The notes under the pieces are model-generated. The model was given only the letters and a program-made list of their open reading frames with translations. It was not told the DNA's origin and ran no database searches. Below, in pieces: positions 7,714-18,113 of a DNA stretch of 64,000 bases. Source of the DNA: Candidatus Latescibacterota bacterium. GTDB lineage: Bacteria > Latescibacterota > UBA2968 > UBA8231. How positions within the stretch are numbered: the stretch's first letter is position 1; every line of letters starts with the position of its first letter. The stretch spans positions 5,088,001 through 5,152,000 of the forward strand of contig OZ242005.1 of the NCBI GenBank assembly GCA_965204725.1, in the 5' to 3' direction. Position numbers and translations under genes: made by a program.

Positions 7714-10053
7714 TTAGTAGATGACCGCGACCGAGCGCACAGCCGCGTCCTCGCCGGCCGCAGCCCCGAGATCGATGTGGCACAAATACAGCCCCGGAGG
7801 CACCAGCGCCCCTTGGGCATCGCGCCCGGACCAAGTGTACGAGGCAACGTCGCCGCTCATCCCGGCCAACTCAACCACCACCCGCCCGGCCAAGTCGAGG
7901 ATCCGCACTTGCGGCATGGCGTCCTCGACCTTAAAAACCACGAACCGAATATGCACCTGATCGTGGATGCCGTCGCCGTTGGGCGTGAAGGCGACGGGAG
8001 ACACCTCCAAATCGCCGATGAGTCGGTCGCTGCCGGTCAGGGCCGGCAGGAGCACCACGTTGGCGCGCCGAAAAGCGGCCTCGACCGACTGCCAAAGGCC
8101 CGGCCGGTCTTGGTGGCCAAGCTCCGCGCTAAAGACCGCGGCATTGCGCCATAGGCGGGCGGTGAAATGGACTGCTAGCGAGTCGCCGCCGACGGGCTGG
8201 GCCAAAGTCACCAATAGCGAGTCGCCCCGCTGCGAGACCTCGGCTGGGACGATGGCCTCGCCCGCGAGATCCACCTCCACCGCTGTGGCCTTCAGCCAGC
8301 CGCCGGGGGCGATGAGCCGCAGCTGGTCGAAGCCGCTGTCGTCCTCAGTCGCGGCCGGCCACAGCGTATAGGTAAAGCGCGTGTCCTCGTTGGGCTGGGC
8401 CTCGCGCGGCCAGATCTGGCCCTTGGCCTCGGTCACCAAGGCGTCCTCAAACTCGATCGCTAGGGAACGCAACACGGGAGCAACCCGCGGATCCTCGGTT
8501 GACAGCAAAGCCTCTAGCTGGACGAAGCGCCGCGGGCTATCCGACTGGAAGGCTTCGCCCGAAAGCTGATAGACATTGCTCCACGCGCCCCAATCTTCGC
8601 CTACGACCAGCGTAGTATCGACCCGGCCGCGCAGCACCTTGGGCGAGCTAAGCCATTTCTCTTCGGTGACCGCTTCGCCGATCTTGTTGTGATATGCGTA
8701 CTCCTCGCTGAGGACCGCGCCCGAGCGGGAGCGCAGTTGCATCCGCGTCCCCACGGGCAAATCCGCCTCCCACGACAGGTTCCTAATGGCCTTGGGGCGG
8801 CCGTCGCCAACGATCTGGCCCAAGTCGATAAAGCCCGAGCGCAGCACGACTTGCGCCGGGTAGCCGGGCGAAAAAAGCATGAGTTCGGCCGCGCGGGCGT
8901 GCCACTCTTGCTCGGTGAGAAAGCCGTGCCAGAATAGGTAGCGCACCTTGCGCGGCTCGAATAGGTAGCGATAGTGCCGCTCGGGAGTGGTCGCGGGGTT
9001 TTGCTCGTTGCCGTGGGCCACCAGTCTGTCGTAATCCACCTCGCCCGCGGTCGTGCGCCGACCGTCCGAGACCAAAAAGGCGAATCCCGTGCCCCCGTTG
9101 CGCACCGACGAGCCGGAAGCCCCTTCGCCTCGGTCGTTGAAGTAGAGGAAGATTTCGTCAATCCAGAACTGGGCGCCTAGATCCAACTCCCACCACAGCC
9201 CTTCGTTGCGCCAGCCAGAGGTCGCTCGATAGGTCGTGAACTTATTGGCATAAGTATTCATGTCGCCGTCGATCAAGCCCTCCACGTCTCGCACGACGAG
9301 GCCGGTTGCAAAGACCCCACCGCGCTCTAGGACCCCGAGGCTGAGGTTGTCGCCGACCGCGCGGATCTCGACTTCGGCGAGGGCCGCGCCCGCACTCTGC
9401 TCATCGACGCCGATGCGAATGTACTGGATGACCCGGAAGCGCGCCGCGTCCTCCAGCACCGCGTCCAAGCCGGGGTCTAAGACCCGCGTGGTGTCGTTGC
9501 GCCCGTTTAGCCCGATGCGGATCTCGGTCTGTTCGTTGGGCAAGGTCGTCTGATACACCGACTCAAAGCGGAAAAGATCCTTCCGGGGGTCGATCGTCGC
9601 CCCGGTCGATACATAGACGGTAAACTGCCGCAGGGGGCGGGCGCCTTCTTGGTTGGGGAAGCGCAAGAGCAGCTCTTGGGCCAACACCGCCCGGCCCAAG
9701 TCGATCTCGACTTCCCACTTGGCCAGCGGATCGGCCGGATCGGGCTGCCAGAACGTGTCGGCGTCGCCGTCGATGATCTTAAAGGCGTCGCTCGGATTGG
9801 ACCCAGCCCGAAAGATGCCGCCCTGCACGGCTTTCCGCTCCATTGTATCGTGGAAAAATTCACCCGCATTGCCTACGGGATCGATGTCCTTGCGGAACTT
9901 GACCAGTTCTAGGGCACCAGTTGGGCTAAGTTGCACCAGCCCTTGCGGGAGCTGCCAAGTTTGCCACTTTTCCGCGCTGTCGAAGGTAAAAACCTCGGCA
10001 GCGAGGGGGCTGGCCCACGAGCAGAACATCGCACAGAAGAGAAAAGCCGCCAT
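7714..10053 (-). CDS. Large secreted protein with C-terminal FlgD Ig-like domain
   Basis: Signal peptide; discoidin-like EIDLG motifs; C-terminal FTPNGDGIHD...WSGRD...PPGLY. Confidence 0.8.
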   Translation of the reverse strand: MAAFLFCAMFCSWASPLAAEVFTFDSAEKWQTWQLPQGLVQLSPTGALELVKFRKDIDPVGNAGEFFHDTMERKAVQGGIFRAGSNPSDAFKIIDGDADTFWQPDPADPLAKWEVEIDLGRAVLAQELLLRFPNQEGARPLRQFTVYVSTGATIDPRKDLFRFESVYQTTLPNEQTEIRIGLNGRNDTTRVLDPGLDAVLEDAARFRVIQYIRIGVDEQSAGAALAEVEIRAVGDNLSLGVLERGGVFATGLVVRDVEGLIDGDMNTYANKFTTYRATSGWRNEGLWWELDLGAQFWIDEIFLYFNDRGEGASGSSVRNGGTGFAFLVSDGRRTTAGEVDYDRLVAHGNEQNPATTPERHYRYLFEPRKVRYLFWHGFLTEQEWHARAAELMLFSPGYPAQVVLRSGFIDLGQIVGDGRPKAIRNLSWEADLPVGTRMQLRSRSGAVLSEEYAYHNKIGEAVTEEKWLSSPKVLRGRVDTTLVVGEDWGAWSNVYQLSGEAFQSDSPRRFVQLEALLSTEDPRVAPVLRSLAIEFEDALVTEAKGQIWPREAQPNEDTRFTYTLWPAATEDDSGFDQLRLIAPGGWLKATAVEVDLAGEAIVPAEVSQRGDSLLVTLAQPVGGDSLAVHFTARLWRNAAVFSAELGHQDRPGLWQSVEAAFRRANVVLLPALTGSDRLIGDLEVSPVAFTPNGDGIHDQVHIRFVVFKVEDAMPQVRILDLAGRVVVELAGMSGDVASYTWSGRDAQGALVPPGLYLCHIDLGAAAGEDAAVRSVAVIY

Positions 10054-10062
10054 GCGTTGCGC

Positions 10063-12057
10063 TCAATAGGCCAAGCCAACGGGCTGGAGCGTGCGCCCGC
10101 GCTCGGCCTCGGTCTTTAGAGTCAAATCCAATAAGTACAGGCCCGGGGGCAGGAGCACCCCCTGCTCGTCGCGGCCGTCCCAAAAGGCCCGCTGCGGCCC
10201 CGTGCCCTGCACACCGACCACCACGTGGGCGCGGCGGTTGCCTGCTAAGTCGTACACATCAAGCACCACCGGTACGGGCGCGGGCAGCAGAAAGAGCGAG
10301 TACTCTAGGACTGAGCGGTCGTTGACCCCGTCGCCGTTGGGCGTGACGACCCCGCTCGACAAGCGCACGCGCCGGACGATGTCCGAGGCCGTATCCGCAG
10401 TGCCGAGCACCCGCAGGCTATTGGTGGAGACCGCGACGCTGGCGTCGCCCGGCTCAATCGGCTGCGGCAGGCGGCTGTCGTCCTCGGTCAATACCTCGCC
10501 GGTAAAGGTCGTCGCCCGCGCAAAAATTTCCGCGGCAAAAACGACGCGCAACGGCTCGTTGGACTCGGCAGTTACCCTGTGCGGCAGGAGCACCTCCAAG
10601 CTGGCGTCGCCTTCGACTACGGCCTGCGGCTCGATGGCTGCGAGCGGCTCGCCCATTTCCAAGCGCGCAAACTCGGGCGCAATCCCCGTGTGGATCCGCA
10701 CCCGGTCAAAGCCTCCTTCAGCCGCGTTGGCAAACGAGGCGCGCACGTCGTACACAAACGTCTCCCGCGCCCCCAGCTCAACTTGGACAAAACCTAGGGC
10801 GGGCTGTAGGTCGGCGGCGCGTGCAATCTCGCCGACGACTTGATCGGCCAGCGGCGGCGAGGTTTCAATCCACAGCGAATCGAGCACCACCCAGTCGTCA
10901 AAAGCTCGGCTTTGCAGGGTGATTTGGACCTGCAAGTGCGAGCCGTTGCGCAAGTCGAGCCAAGTGCCGGATTCCGCGATGGGGCTGGACCAAAAAGACC
11001 AGTTCTCGCTATCGTACCCAATGGAAGCGCGGATGCCGGGCTGGCGGTCAATTTGCAGGATTCCCTCGGTTTCGGGCAGGCGCAATTCGCCTTCGTAGCG
11101 CGCGCGGGTCACCGCAAACTCCCGGCCCGAGTCCGTGTACTCGTAGTAGATGTTGGGGTCGCCATCGCGGCCGGTTCGCACCTCCACCTCCACCCACGCC
11201 TCGGCGTCGGGCGCGGCCACGGCCTCTTCGCCAACCATCCGCATATTGCGGGCGGCCCACGCCAAGCGGCCAAAATTGACCTCGGCCCCCAAGTCGATGA
11301 TCTTGCTGCGATAGATCGCCCGCTTGGGGACGCCGCGGCCGGTGAGCACAAACTCGGCGATGGTGCCGCGCACCGTGTTGCTGTCGGTGGTGCGCTGCTC
11401 GTCCAGCGCGGATGCTTTGCGCTGGTAGCGCACAAAGCGCACGTATTGTTGGGGAAAATCGATCGCGACCTCTGAATCGAAGTTGACCGGCACGTCGGCG
11501 ATGAGGGTGTTTAAGCGGTGATAGTCCTTTTGCGCGAGGATGTCGCTGGCCTCGGCGGCGATGCTCACCTCAAAGGCCGGCACGGGGTCTTGGTTGAGCG
11601 GTACGCCGTCGGAGCGAACTCCCTCGGTCGGCGTGGCAAACCCAAAGCGCGTGGCCGGCACGGGGACGCCGATGTCTATGGTCCACCAGCCGTCGCGGGC
11701 CGTGTTGTACGTGCTCCGCAGCCCATCCACGTAGAGCGGGCTGTCGTAGTACGAGGTCTGATTGACGTTGGTGCCGTCGCCGTACCACAACCGCGGCTGA
11801 TGGCCGTTGATGTAGCCCAACTCGCGCGGGGCGATCAGTTCGGACCAACCCGCTACCGACAGGAACATGTTGTCGCCAGCGGCAAAATACACGGGCTGAA
11901 TGCGCTCGGCGTTGATGTCCATGATGACCCGCGTGGTGTCGCTTTCTTCCCACGCCAGCCCGGCCCCGCCGATTTGCCACAGCGATATTCGCGCTTCTGC
12001 CGAGGAGCCCAGCACCAGCGCGATCAGTGCAATGCTGTACATCGGTGCGCGTACCAT
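10063..12057 (-). CDS. Large secreted protein with C-terminal FlgD Ig-like domain (paralog)
   Basis: Signal peptide; VTPNGDGVND...WDGRD...PPGLY tail. Confidence 0.8.
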   Translation of the reverse strand: MVRAPMYSIALIALVLGSSAEARISLWQIGGAGLAWEESDTTRVIMDINAERIQPVYFAAGDNMFLSVAGWSELIAPRELGYINGHQPRLWYGDGTNVNQTSYYDSPLYVDGLRSTYNTARDGWWTIDIGVPVPATRFGFATPTEGVRSDGVPLNQDPVPAFEVSIAAEASDILAQKDYHRLNTLIADVPVNFDSEVAIDFPQQYVRFVRYQRKASALDEQRTTDSNTVRGTIAEFVLTGRGVPKRAIYRSKIIDLGAEVNFGRLAWAARNMRMVGEEAVAAPDAEAWVEVEVRTGRDGDPNIYYEYTDSGREFAVTRARYEGELRLPETEGILQIDRQPGIRASIGYDSENWSFWSSPIAESGTWLDLRNGSHLQVQITLQSRAFDDWVVLDSLWIETSPPLADQVVGEIARAADLQPALGFVQVELGARETFVYDVRASFANAAEGGFDRVRIHTGIAPEFARLEMGEPLAAIEPQAVVEGDASLEVLLPHRVTAESNEPLRVVFAAEIFARATTFTGEVLTEDDSRLPQPIEPGDASVAVSTNSLRVLGTADTASDIVRRVRLSSGVVTPNGDGVNDRSVLEYSLFLLPAPVPVVLDVYDLAGNRRAHVVVGVQGTGPQRAFWDGRDEQGVLLPPGLYLLDLTLKTEAERGRTLQPVGLAY

Positions 12058-12177
12058 CACGCCCTCCCAGTTGAACGGCACTCAATATAACGCAACGCGC
12101 CAAGGCAAGCTATTGACGCGAGCGCGTCTCGCTCCCTTTATATGCCCATCTTTCCAACCCCAACAAGGAGCTTTTCC

Positions 12178-12903
12178 ATGGGCAAATCAGGGTACGACGA
12201 TACCCCCCTGCTCCCCAACTCTCCCTATTGCGTCCACGATCACCGGCGACCGGCCCCAGCGGTCGTGACACCCGGCCGCGACAACAGCCCCCCCGCCGAC
12301 GCGGTCGTCCTTTTCGACGGGTCCCATCTCGATAGCTGGCAGAGTGCCAACGGCGGCGACGCCTCTTGGCGGGTGGCCGACGGATACATGGAGGTCGCGC
12401 CCCGCACCGGCGACATCGTGAGTACGGTGCGCTTTGGCGATGTCCAGTACCACCTCGAATTCGCTTGTCCCAGCGAGGTCAAAGGCGACAGCCAAGGGCG
12501 CGGCAACAGCGGCGTCTTTCTCATGAGCCGATACGAGATCCAAGTCCTCGACGGGTACGACAACCCCACGTACGCCGACGGCACCACGGCCGCCGTCTAT
12601 GGCGAGTACCCACCGCTGGTCAACGCCTGCCGCCCGCCCGGCGAATGGCAGACCTACGACATCTTCTGGCAGGCCCCGCGCTTCAACGGCACCGAGTTGG
12701 TCAGCCCGGCCTATCTCACTTTGGTCCACAACGGCGTCTTGGTCCACCACCACGTCGAGGTTTTAGGCCCCACCGGCCACCGCGGCGTCTATCGCTACGA
12801 AGCGCACCCTCCCACCGGCCCGCTCCGCTTGCAAGACCACGGCGATTTAGTGCGCTATCGAAATATCTGGGCGCGGCCCGTCAAGGGGTACGACGAAGGC
12901 TGA
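12178..12903 (+). CDS. DUF1080 / 3-keto-disaccharide hydrolase family protein
   Basis: LFDG, GNSGVF, YEIQVLD, GEWQTYDI and LQDHG..VRYRNIW motifs; RBS AAGGAG. Confidence 0.9.
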   Translation: MGKSGYDDTPLLPNSPYCVHDHRRPAPAVVTPGRDNSPPADAVVLFDGSHLDSWQSANGGDASWRVADGYMEVAPRTGDIVSTVRFGDVQYHLEFACPSEVKGDSQGRGNSGVFLMSRYEIQVLDGYDNPTYADGTTAAVYGEYPPLVNACRPPGEWQTYDIFWQAPRFNGTELVSPAYLTLVHNGVLVHHHVEVLGPTGHRGVYRYEAHPPTGPLRLQDHGDLVRYRNIWARPVKGYDEG

Positions 12904-12991
12904 TGGATCGTTGGGGTCGCTGACGCGGGCGTTTGTAACCCAGTAAACGGATACCTTGAAATCTGTGCGGCGATCGCTCATATTTCAAGGT

Positions 12992-14152
12992 ATGCAGATT
13001 GCTCGCCAACATCACTTGCGTCGAGTGAAGCGGCTCTTGCGGGAGTTTCCCGTCGTCGCACTCTTGGGAGCCCGGCAAGTCGGCAAATCTACCCTCGCTC
13101 GCCAGATCGTGGCTTCGCGCCGCGCTCCGGCTACTTGGTTTGACTTGGAGAACCCGGCCGATCTCGCGCGCTTGGCCGATCCCGGCCTCGAACTGCGTCC
13201 CCTCCGGGGACTCGTCGTCTTAGACGAAATCCACCGGCTCCCCGATGTGTTCCCGCTGCTGCGCGTCCTCGCGGACCGGCCGCGGACGCCGGCCCGATTT
13301 CTCGTGCTGGGCAGTGCCTCTCCCGACTTACTCCGGCAGACCTCCGAGACGCTTGCCGGGCGCGTGGCCTTCCACGAGTTGGAAGGCTTTGGACTGCGCG
13401 AGGTCGGCGATCTAGAGCGGCTCTGGCTGCGCGGCGGCTTCCCGCTTTCTTATCTGGCGCGATCCGCTCCGGCGAGCCGACGCTGGCTCGACAACTTCAT
13501 CCGCACTTTCCTCGAACGCGATGTCCTCGCATTCGACAATTTGGTCCCATCGGCGACCTTGCGTCGCTTCTGGACCATGCTCGCCCACTGGCACGGCCAA
13601 CTGTGGAATGGCACTGAGTTTGGGCGGGCGTTTGGCGTGTCTCATACTACGATCCGGCGCTATCTCGATCTGATGACTTCGGTCTTTGTGGTTCGGCAGC
13701 TCCAGCCTTGGTACGAAAACATCGGCAAGCGACAGGTGCGCTCGCCTAAGATATACATTGGCGACTCGGGCGTCCTACACGCCCTGCTGGGCCTGACCAC
13801 CCGCGAGCAAATCGTTTCGCATCCCAAGGTGGGGGCCTCTTGGGAGGGATTCGTCGTGCAACAAATCATCCACCTGCTCGCCGCCCACCCCGAGCAATGC
13901 TTCCACTGGTCCACCCACTCCGGCGCCCAACTCGATTTGCTCGTCGTCGCTGGCAACCGACGCTACGGCTTTGAGATCAAGCGGACTGAGGCCCCGCGCC
14001 GGACGCCCTCAATGCGCTCGGCGGTCGAGACTTTGGGGCTGGAGCGTCTCGATGTGGTCCACGCCGGGCCGGACCGCTACGCGCTAGCCCCACACATCCG
14101 CGCTCTGCCCGCTGCCCAGCTCGTGCGAGAGCTTAGACCGTTGCGCGGCTGA
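12992..14152 (+). CDS. AAA_14 ATPase with DUF4143 domain
   Basis: GARQVGKST, LDEIH, LGSAS, RGGFP, PKIY..DSG, GASWEG and C-terminal D...EIK motifs. Confidence 0.85.
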   Translation: MQIARQHHLRRVKRLLREFPVVALLGARQVGKSTLARQIVASRRAPATWFDLENPADLARLADPGLELRPLRGLVVLDEIHRLPDVFPLLRVLADRPRTPARFLVLGSASPDLLRQTSETLAGRVAFHELEGFGLREVGDLERLWLRGGFPLSYLARSAPASRRWLDNFIRTFLERDVLAFDNLVPSATLRRFWTMLAHWHGQLWNGTEFGRAFGVSHTTIRRYLDLMTSVFVVRQLQPWYENIGKRQVRSPKIYIGDSGVLHALLGLTTREQIVSHPKVGASWEGFVVQQIIHLLAAHPEQCFHWSTHSGAQLDLLVVAGNRRYGFEIKRTEAPRRTPSMRSAVETLGLERLDVVHAGPDRYALAPHIRALPAAQLVRELRPLRG

Positions 14153-14193
14153 TTATCCGCCGAGTACACTCGCTCCACCGCACCGCGCCCTAG

Positions 14194-16095
14194 TCAGCCC
14201 ACCAAAACCCGCACATCTCCCCGCCGCACCGTCAGGCCCTCGGCGTCAAAATAGCCCAAAAGCGCCATGGCGCATTTGCGGTTGCTGCCGATCAGGGTGC
14301 GGAATTCAGCGACCGCAATCTCGCCATCGCGCTCGAGAACGTCGCTCAGCAACGTCCGAGCACGGGCGAGGGCCTCGCAGTAAATCAGCAAGCCTCCCTC
14401 CAACGAGACGACCTCCCCCAGTGCTTGCAGCGCTTGCAGCATATCCGCCACTTCGGCCCGCGGGGCGTCGAGGGCTTGGGCTAGCTCGGCCAGCGTCGGC
14501 AAGTCGGCGAAATTCGCGGTGTTGAGCCGCGCCTCCACGGCCGCTTTAAGCACCTCTTGCTGCGGGGTGAAGCATATTCGGTGCGACGCGGCCCGCACTA
14601 CGGCTCCGTCCAGCACGACCCGCCCGGCTTCCGCCAAGTAGCGCAACACGCAGTCGAACAATTCGGGCTGGACGTAGCGCGCGCTCAAATTGCGTAGCTC
14701 CTCGCGCGGCAATCCCAACTTGAGCGGCTGGGCGCGGTGAAAGCGGGCGAGCGCGGCCTCGATCTGCGCCCCCCAGTGCTCGCACACGTCGAGATGCAAA
14801 ACGTGCGTTTGCCCCTCCGACGCCACGCGCACGGCGCGGCCCGCCGCTACGAGCGCGTCCGTCCAACGCGCCAACCGCTCCACGCCGAGGCCCAGCTCGC
14901 CGGCCAACGCCTGCTCGCTCTTGAGCCGGTGGTCCGCACAGCGGAGCCAGCACTCCACGACTGCGGGCAGGTCGTCTTGGGTCAACGCCTGCAAATGCGC
15001 GAGCAACGCTGGCTCGAAGCGCCGGTGCTTGGCTGGGTGCGGGTTGAGCACACGGCCGCCGCCAATCGTCAGGGCTGGCGAGTACCGGCGCAGCACAAAG
15101 CGGTCGCCCCACGCCGCCACGACCGGAGCCTCCAAGCGAAGCTGGGCGAAACCCTCCTGCCCGGGCGTCAAGGGCCTAGCAGCGGGGAGGACGACCCGCG
15201 CCATGATCTCCCGCGTCCCCAAGTGTAGGCGTACGCGGGTGCGCGATGCCATGGGCATGGGGCTTGAGGCGAGGAGCTGCACTTGGGCGTCTAGCATCTG
15301 CGTAGGGCGAAAAAACCCGGGCGCGACCAGCGAGTGACCGCGCGTGAGTTGGCCCTGCTCCACGCCGGCTAAATTGATCGCAGCGCGGTCGCCGGCCCGC
15401 ACCGCTTGGACCGCGGCACCGTGCTGTTGCAAGCGGCGCACACGCGCCAATGGCCCTTCGGGCGCGACCTCGACGCGGTCGCCCTCGGCTAAGGCACCGG
15501 CCTGCACCGTGCCCGTACAGACCAGACCAAAGCCCTTGACCCCAAAGGCCCGATCTACGGGCAGGCGGAACGGCGCGTCGGTGCGCTTGGCTGCGGTGTC
15601 CTCGCCGAGGGCCAACAGCCGCTGCCGCAGCCGGTCAATGCCCGCGCCGCTGAGCGCGGAGACGCGAAAAATTTCGGCCGACGCCAAAAAAGTCCCGCCG
15701 ACAAACTCGCGCACCTCTTCCTCCACCAAGTCCAACCACTCCGCTTCCACCAAATCGGCCTTGTTGATCACCACCACCCCGCGCTCAACCCCCAAGAGCC
15801 GCAACACGTCGAGATGCTCCCGCGACTGCGGCATCACCCCGTCGTCTGCGGCAATGACCAGCATGGCCACGTCAATGGTGCTGACGCCCGCGACCATGGT
15901 CTTGACGAAGCGCTCGTGCCCGGGCACGTCGATGATCGTGGCTTGGTCTCCCAAAAAGGCAAAGCCGAGTTCAATGGTAATCCCGCGCACCCGCTCTTCT
16001 GGGGCTTGGTCGGTATCCATGCCGGTCAGGGCCTTGACCAACCGGGTTTTGCCGTGGTCAATGTGCCCGGCCGTGCCAATCACTGTATGCGCCAT
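14194..16095 (-). CDS. selB: Selenocysteine-specific translation elongation factor
   Basis: [32 protein letters not shown] and NKAD; C-terminal winged-helix with RK..A..L.YFD and RRGD.R. Confidence 0.95.
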   Translation of the reverse strand: MAHTVIGTAGHIDHGKTRLVKALTGMDTDQAPEERVRGITIELGFAFLGDQATIIDVPGHERFVKTMVAGVSTIDVAMLVIAADDGVMPQSREHLDVLRLLGVERGVVVINKADLVEAEWLDLVEEEVREFVGGTFLASAEIFRVSALSGAGIDRLRQRLLALGEDTAAKRTDAPFRLPVDRAFGVKGFGLVCTGTVQAGALAEGDRVEVAPEGPLARVRRLQQHGAAVQAVRAGDRAAINLAGVEQGQLTRGHSLVAPGFFRPTQMLDAQVQLLASSPMPMASRTRVRLHLGTREIMARVVLPAARPLTPGQEGFAQLRLEAPVVAAWGDRFVLRRYSPALTIGGGRVLNPHPAKHRRFEPALLAHLQALTQDDLPAVVECWLRCADHRLKSEQALAGELGLGVERLARWTDALVAAGRAVRVASEGQTHVLHLDVCEHWGAQIEAALARFHRAQPLKLGLPREELRNLSARYVQPELFDCVLRYLAEAGRVVLDGAVVRAASHRICFTPQQEVLKAAVEARLNTANFADLPTLAELAQALDAPRAEVADMLQALQALGEVVSLEGGLLIYCEALARARTLLSDVLERDGEIAVAEFRTLIGSNRKCAMALLGYFDAEGLTVRRGDVRVLVG

Positions 16096-16112
16096 CTGTT
16101 CAATGTCCTCGC

Positions 16113-16140
16113 TTGACGTGCTCTTCCTTGCCTATATTAT
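16113..16140 (+). promoter_or_regulatory. Putative sigma70 promoter
   Basis: TTGACG (16113-16118), 16 bp, TATTAT (16135-16140) upstream of the 16175 gene. Confidence 0.45.
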
Positions 16141-16174
16141 GTCCAATTCCGCGGCCCCAACAAGGAGCTTCTCC

Positions 16175-16909
16175 ATGTACCTCAAGCACCTGCGTCCCTA
16201 CCAACTCACCAATGCGGTGGCCCAAGGGCATCCCCTGCTCGTGCCGGCCGGCTGCATCGAGACCCACGGCCCACACATGGCCATCGGCCACGACACCCTT
16301 ATCGTCGAGGCGATCTGCGACCGCGTGGCCGCACGCACTCCGTGCGCCATTGCCCCGTCGTTTGACTACGGCCCCACCGGCTATGCCCTCGGCGGCCCGG
16401 CCGACGGGACCATCGACCCGGACTACGACGCCTTTGGCCGCTTGGTCAAGAGCATCCTGCGCAACTTTCTCGAGATGGGCTTTCGCAAGACCTATGTCAT
16501 CATCATGCACCAAGGCATGGGCGGTCCCCTCGCCTTGGCCTTTAGCAAGGCCGCGGCCGAGCTGGCGTTTGAGCAGGTGCTCGCCGCGGGGCATCCACGC
16601 GGCTGGTGGGGCGACCGCGCCGCGCTCGACCGGGCCGGCTCTTGGGGCGGGCGCATTGAGGTCCAGCCCATGATCCTCCCGGAATCGAGCCCGCCGGCCG
16701 GGGGCGATCACGCCGGATACAACGAGACCTCCTTCCTGCTTGCGGCCCGCCCCGAGCTGGTGGAGCAAGACCGCCTCGGCGACGCGCCGCCTTGGTACTG
16801 CCAGCAAGACGAAGCGCGCAACAGCTACACGGCCAACGCCGAGCACGGCCAAGCCATGATCGAGGCCGTCGTCGAGGCGTGGGTCGCCAAAATTGACGAG
16901 GAGCGCTAA
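16175..16909 (+). CDS. Creatininase family protein
   Basis: [14 protein letters not shown] and GGDHAG..ETS motifs; RBS AAGGAG before ATG 16175. Confidence 0.85.
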   Translation: MYLKHLRPYQLTNAVAQGHPLLVPAGCIETHGPHMAIGHDTLIVEAICDRVAARTPCAIAPSFDYGPTGYALGGPADGTIDPDYDAFGRLVKSILRNFLEMGFRKTYVIIMHQGMGGPLALAFSKAAAELAFEQVLAAGHPRGWWGDRAALDRAGSWGGRIEVQPMILPESSPPAGGDHAGYNETSFLLAARPELVEQDRLGDAPPWYCQQDEARNSYTANAEHGQAMIEAVVEAWVAKIDEER

Positions 16910-16910
16910 G

Positions 16911-17534
16911 ATGGCCCCAGTCCTAACCGTGCATCCCGACCGCCTCAAAGGCCGCCACATCGAGCGTGCCGCCGAGGTGTTGCGCCAAGGCGGCGTTCTC
17001 GTCTATCCCACCGATACGATCTACGGCCTCGGCTGCGACATCACCAACAAGCAGGCGATTGAGCGCGTGCAGCGCATCAAGGGGCGCGACAAAAAGAAGC
17101 CCATGTCCTTTGTGTGCGCCGACCTGACCCACATCAGCGACTACGCTCGCGTCTCCAACTACGCCCACCGCATCCTCAAGCAGTGCCTGCCGGGGGCGTA
17201 CACCTTTGTGTTGCCCGCTACCCGCCAGACGCCGCGCATCCTCCAAACCAAACAGAAGACGGTCGGCCTGCGGATTCCCGACCACCCGGTGCCGCTGGCC
17301 TTGGTCCGCGCCCTCGGCCAACCCATCCTGAGCACCAGCGCGAACTACGCCGATCAAGAAGTGCTGACCGAGCCTTGGGCTTTGGAGGAAGAGTTGGGGC
17401 CGCAAGTGGATTTGATCTTGGAGTGCGGGCCGCTGCCCGTGGAGGCTTCGAGCGTGGTGTCGTTGGTCGGGGATCGCGCCGAGGTGTTGCGGGCGGGCAA
17501 AGGGGATTTGCGCTTGTTTGTCGAGGGAAATTAG
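16911..17534 (+). CDS. Sua5/YciO/YrdC (threonylcarbamoyl-AMP synthase) family protein
   Basis: YPTDTIYGLGC, K.R...KP, LPGAYTF, VGLRIPDHP and STSAN motifs. Confidence 0.9.
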   Translation: MAPVLTVHPDRLKGRHIERAAEVLRQGGVLVYPTDTIYGLGCDITNKQAIERVQRIKGRDKKKPMSFVCADLTHISDYARVSNYAHRILKQCLPGAYTFVLPATRQTPRILQTKQKTVGLRIPDHPVPLALVRALGQPILSTSANYADQEVLTEPWALEEELGPQVDLILECGPLPVEASSVVSLVGDRAEVLRAGKGDLRLFVEGN

Positions 17535-17860
17535 CGGTGCGTTCTTGGGCGACACACGGAGAAAGGCAGATCGGAATTGAGTTATCTCAATGCCTGTGTT
17601 ACTTAACTTTCGTCATCGATAGGGAGCGTCCGCAGTCACTTCATCAACGATGGCAAGAACCAAATTCGCTTATCAATCAGGAGGCCGCGGTTTTTCTCGA
17701 TTCAGATAGCCGGTGAAAGCCGCTTGTTTCAAGCCCCGTGCGGCCCTGTCGCTCGCGCCTTGTAGCTTGGTAGTTTACCTTGTTATACGCGGCAAGCGAC
17801 AAGAGGCTTGTACAAGGCGCAAGCGGCAAGCAACACGTAACGAAGAAACGGAGACACGTC

Positions 17861-18113
17861 ATGGATACGAGCGGCAAGGACGTTAGAAACGTCGAGAGCG
17901 TCGTCGAGATCTTTAAGCACCCCCAAGAGTACTACCTGAATACGTTTGCGTGGCCCGACGAGCGGTTCTACGAGCGCGGCTTTTACTGGTGGCGTGGATC
18001 CAAGTGGCGAGCCGCACGGGCCGTATGCCACTGTCGACAAGGCGCGGCAAGCGGCGGAGAGGCACTTGCCGCAAGTGAAAGAAGTGTCTTCTAACCCCAA
18101 GGCAGGGAAATGA
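17861..18113 (+). pseudogene. Small hypothetical protein with a probable 1-nt frameshift near 17990
   Basis: RBS GGAG plus ATG 17861. After GFYWW the +1 frame reads VDPSGEPHGPYATVDKARQAAERHL...AGK* and its TGA (18111-18113) overlaps the next ATG. Confidence 0.5.

Noticed and set aside
15344-16174. N-terminal ~277 aa of the 521-aa ORF 15344-16909
   Set aside because: Antisense shadow of selB. The real creatininase starts at ATG 16175 with its own RBS.
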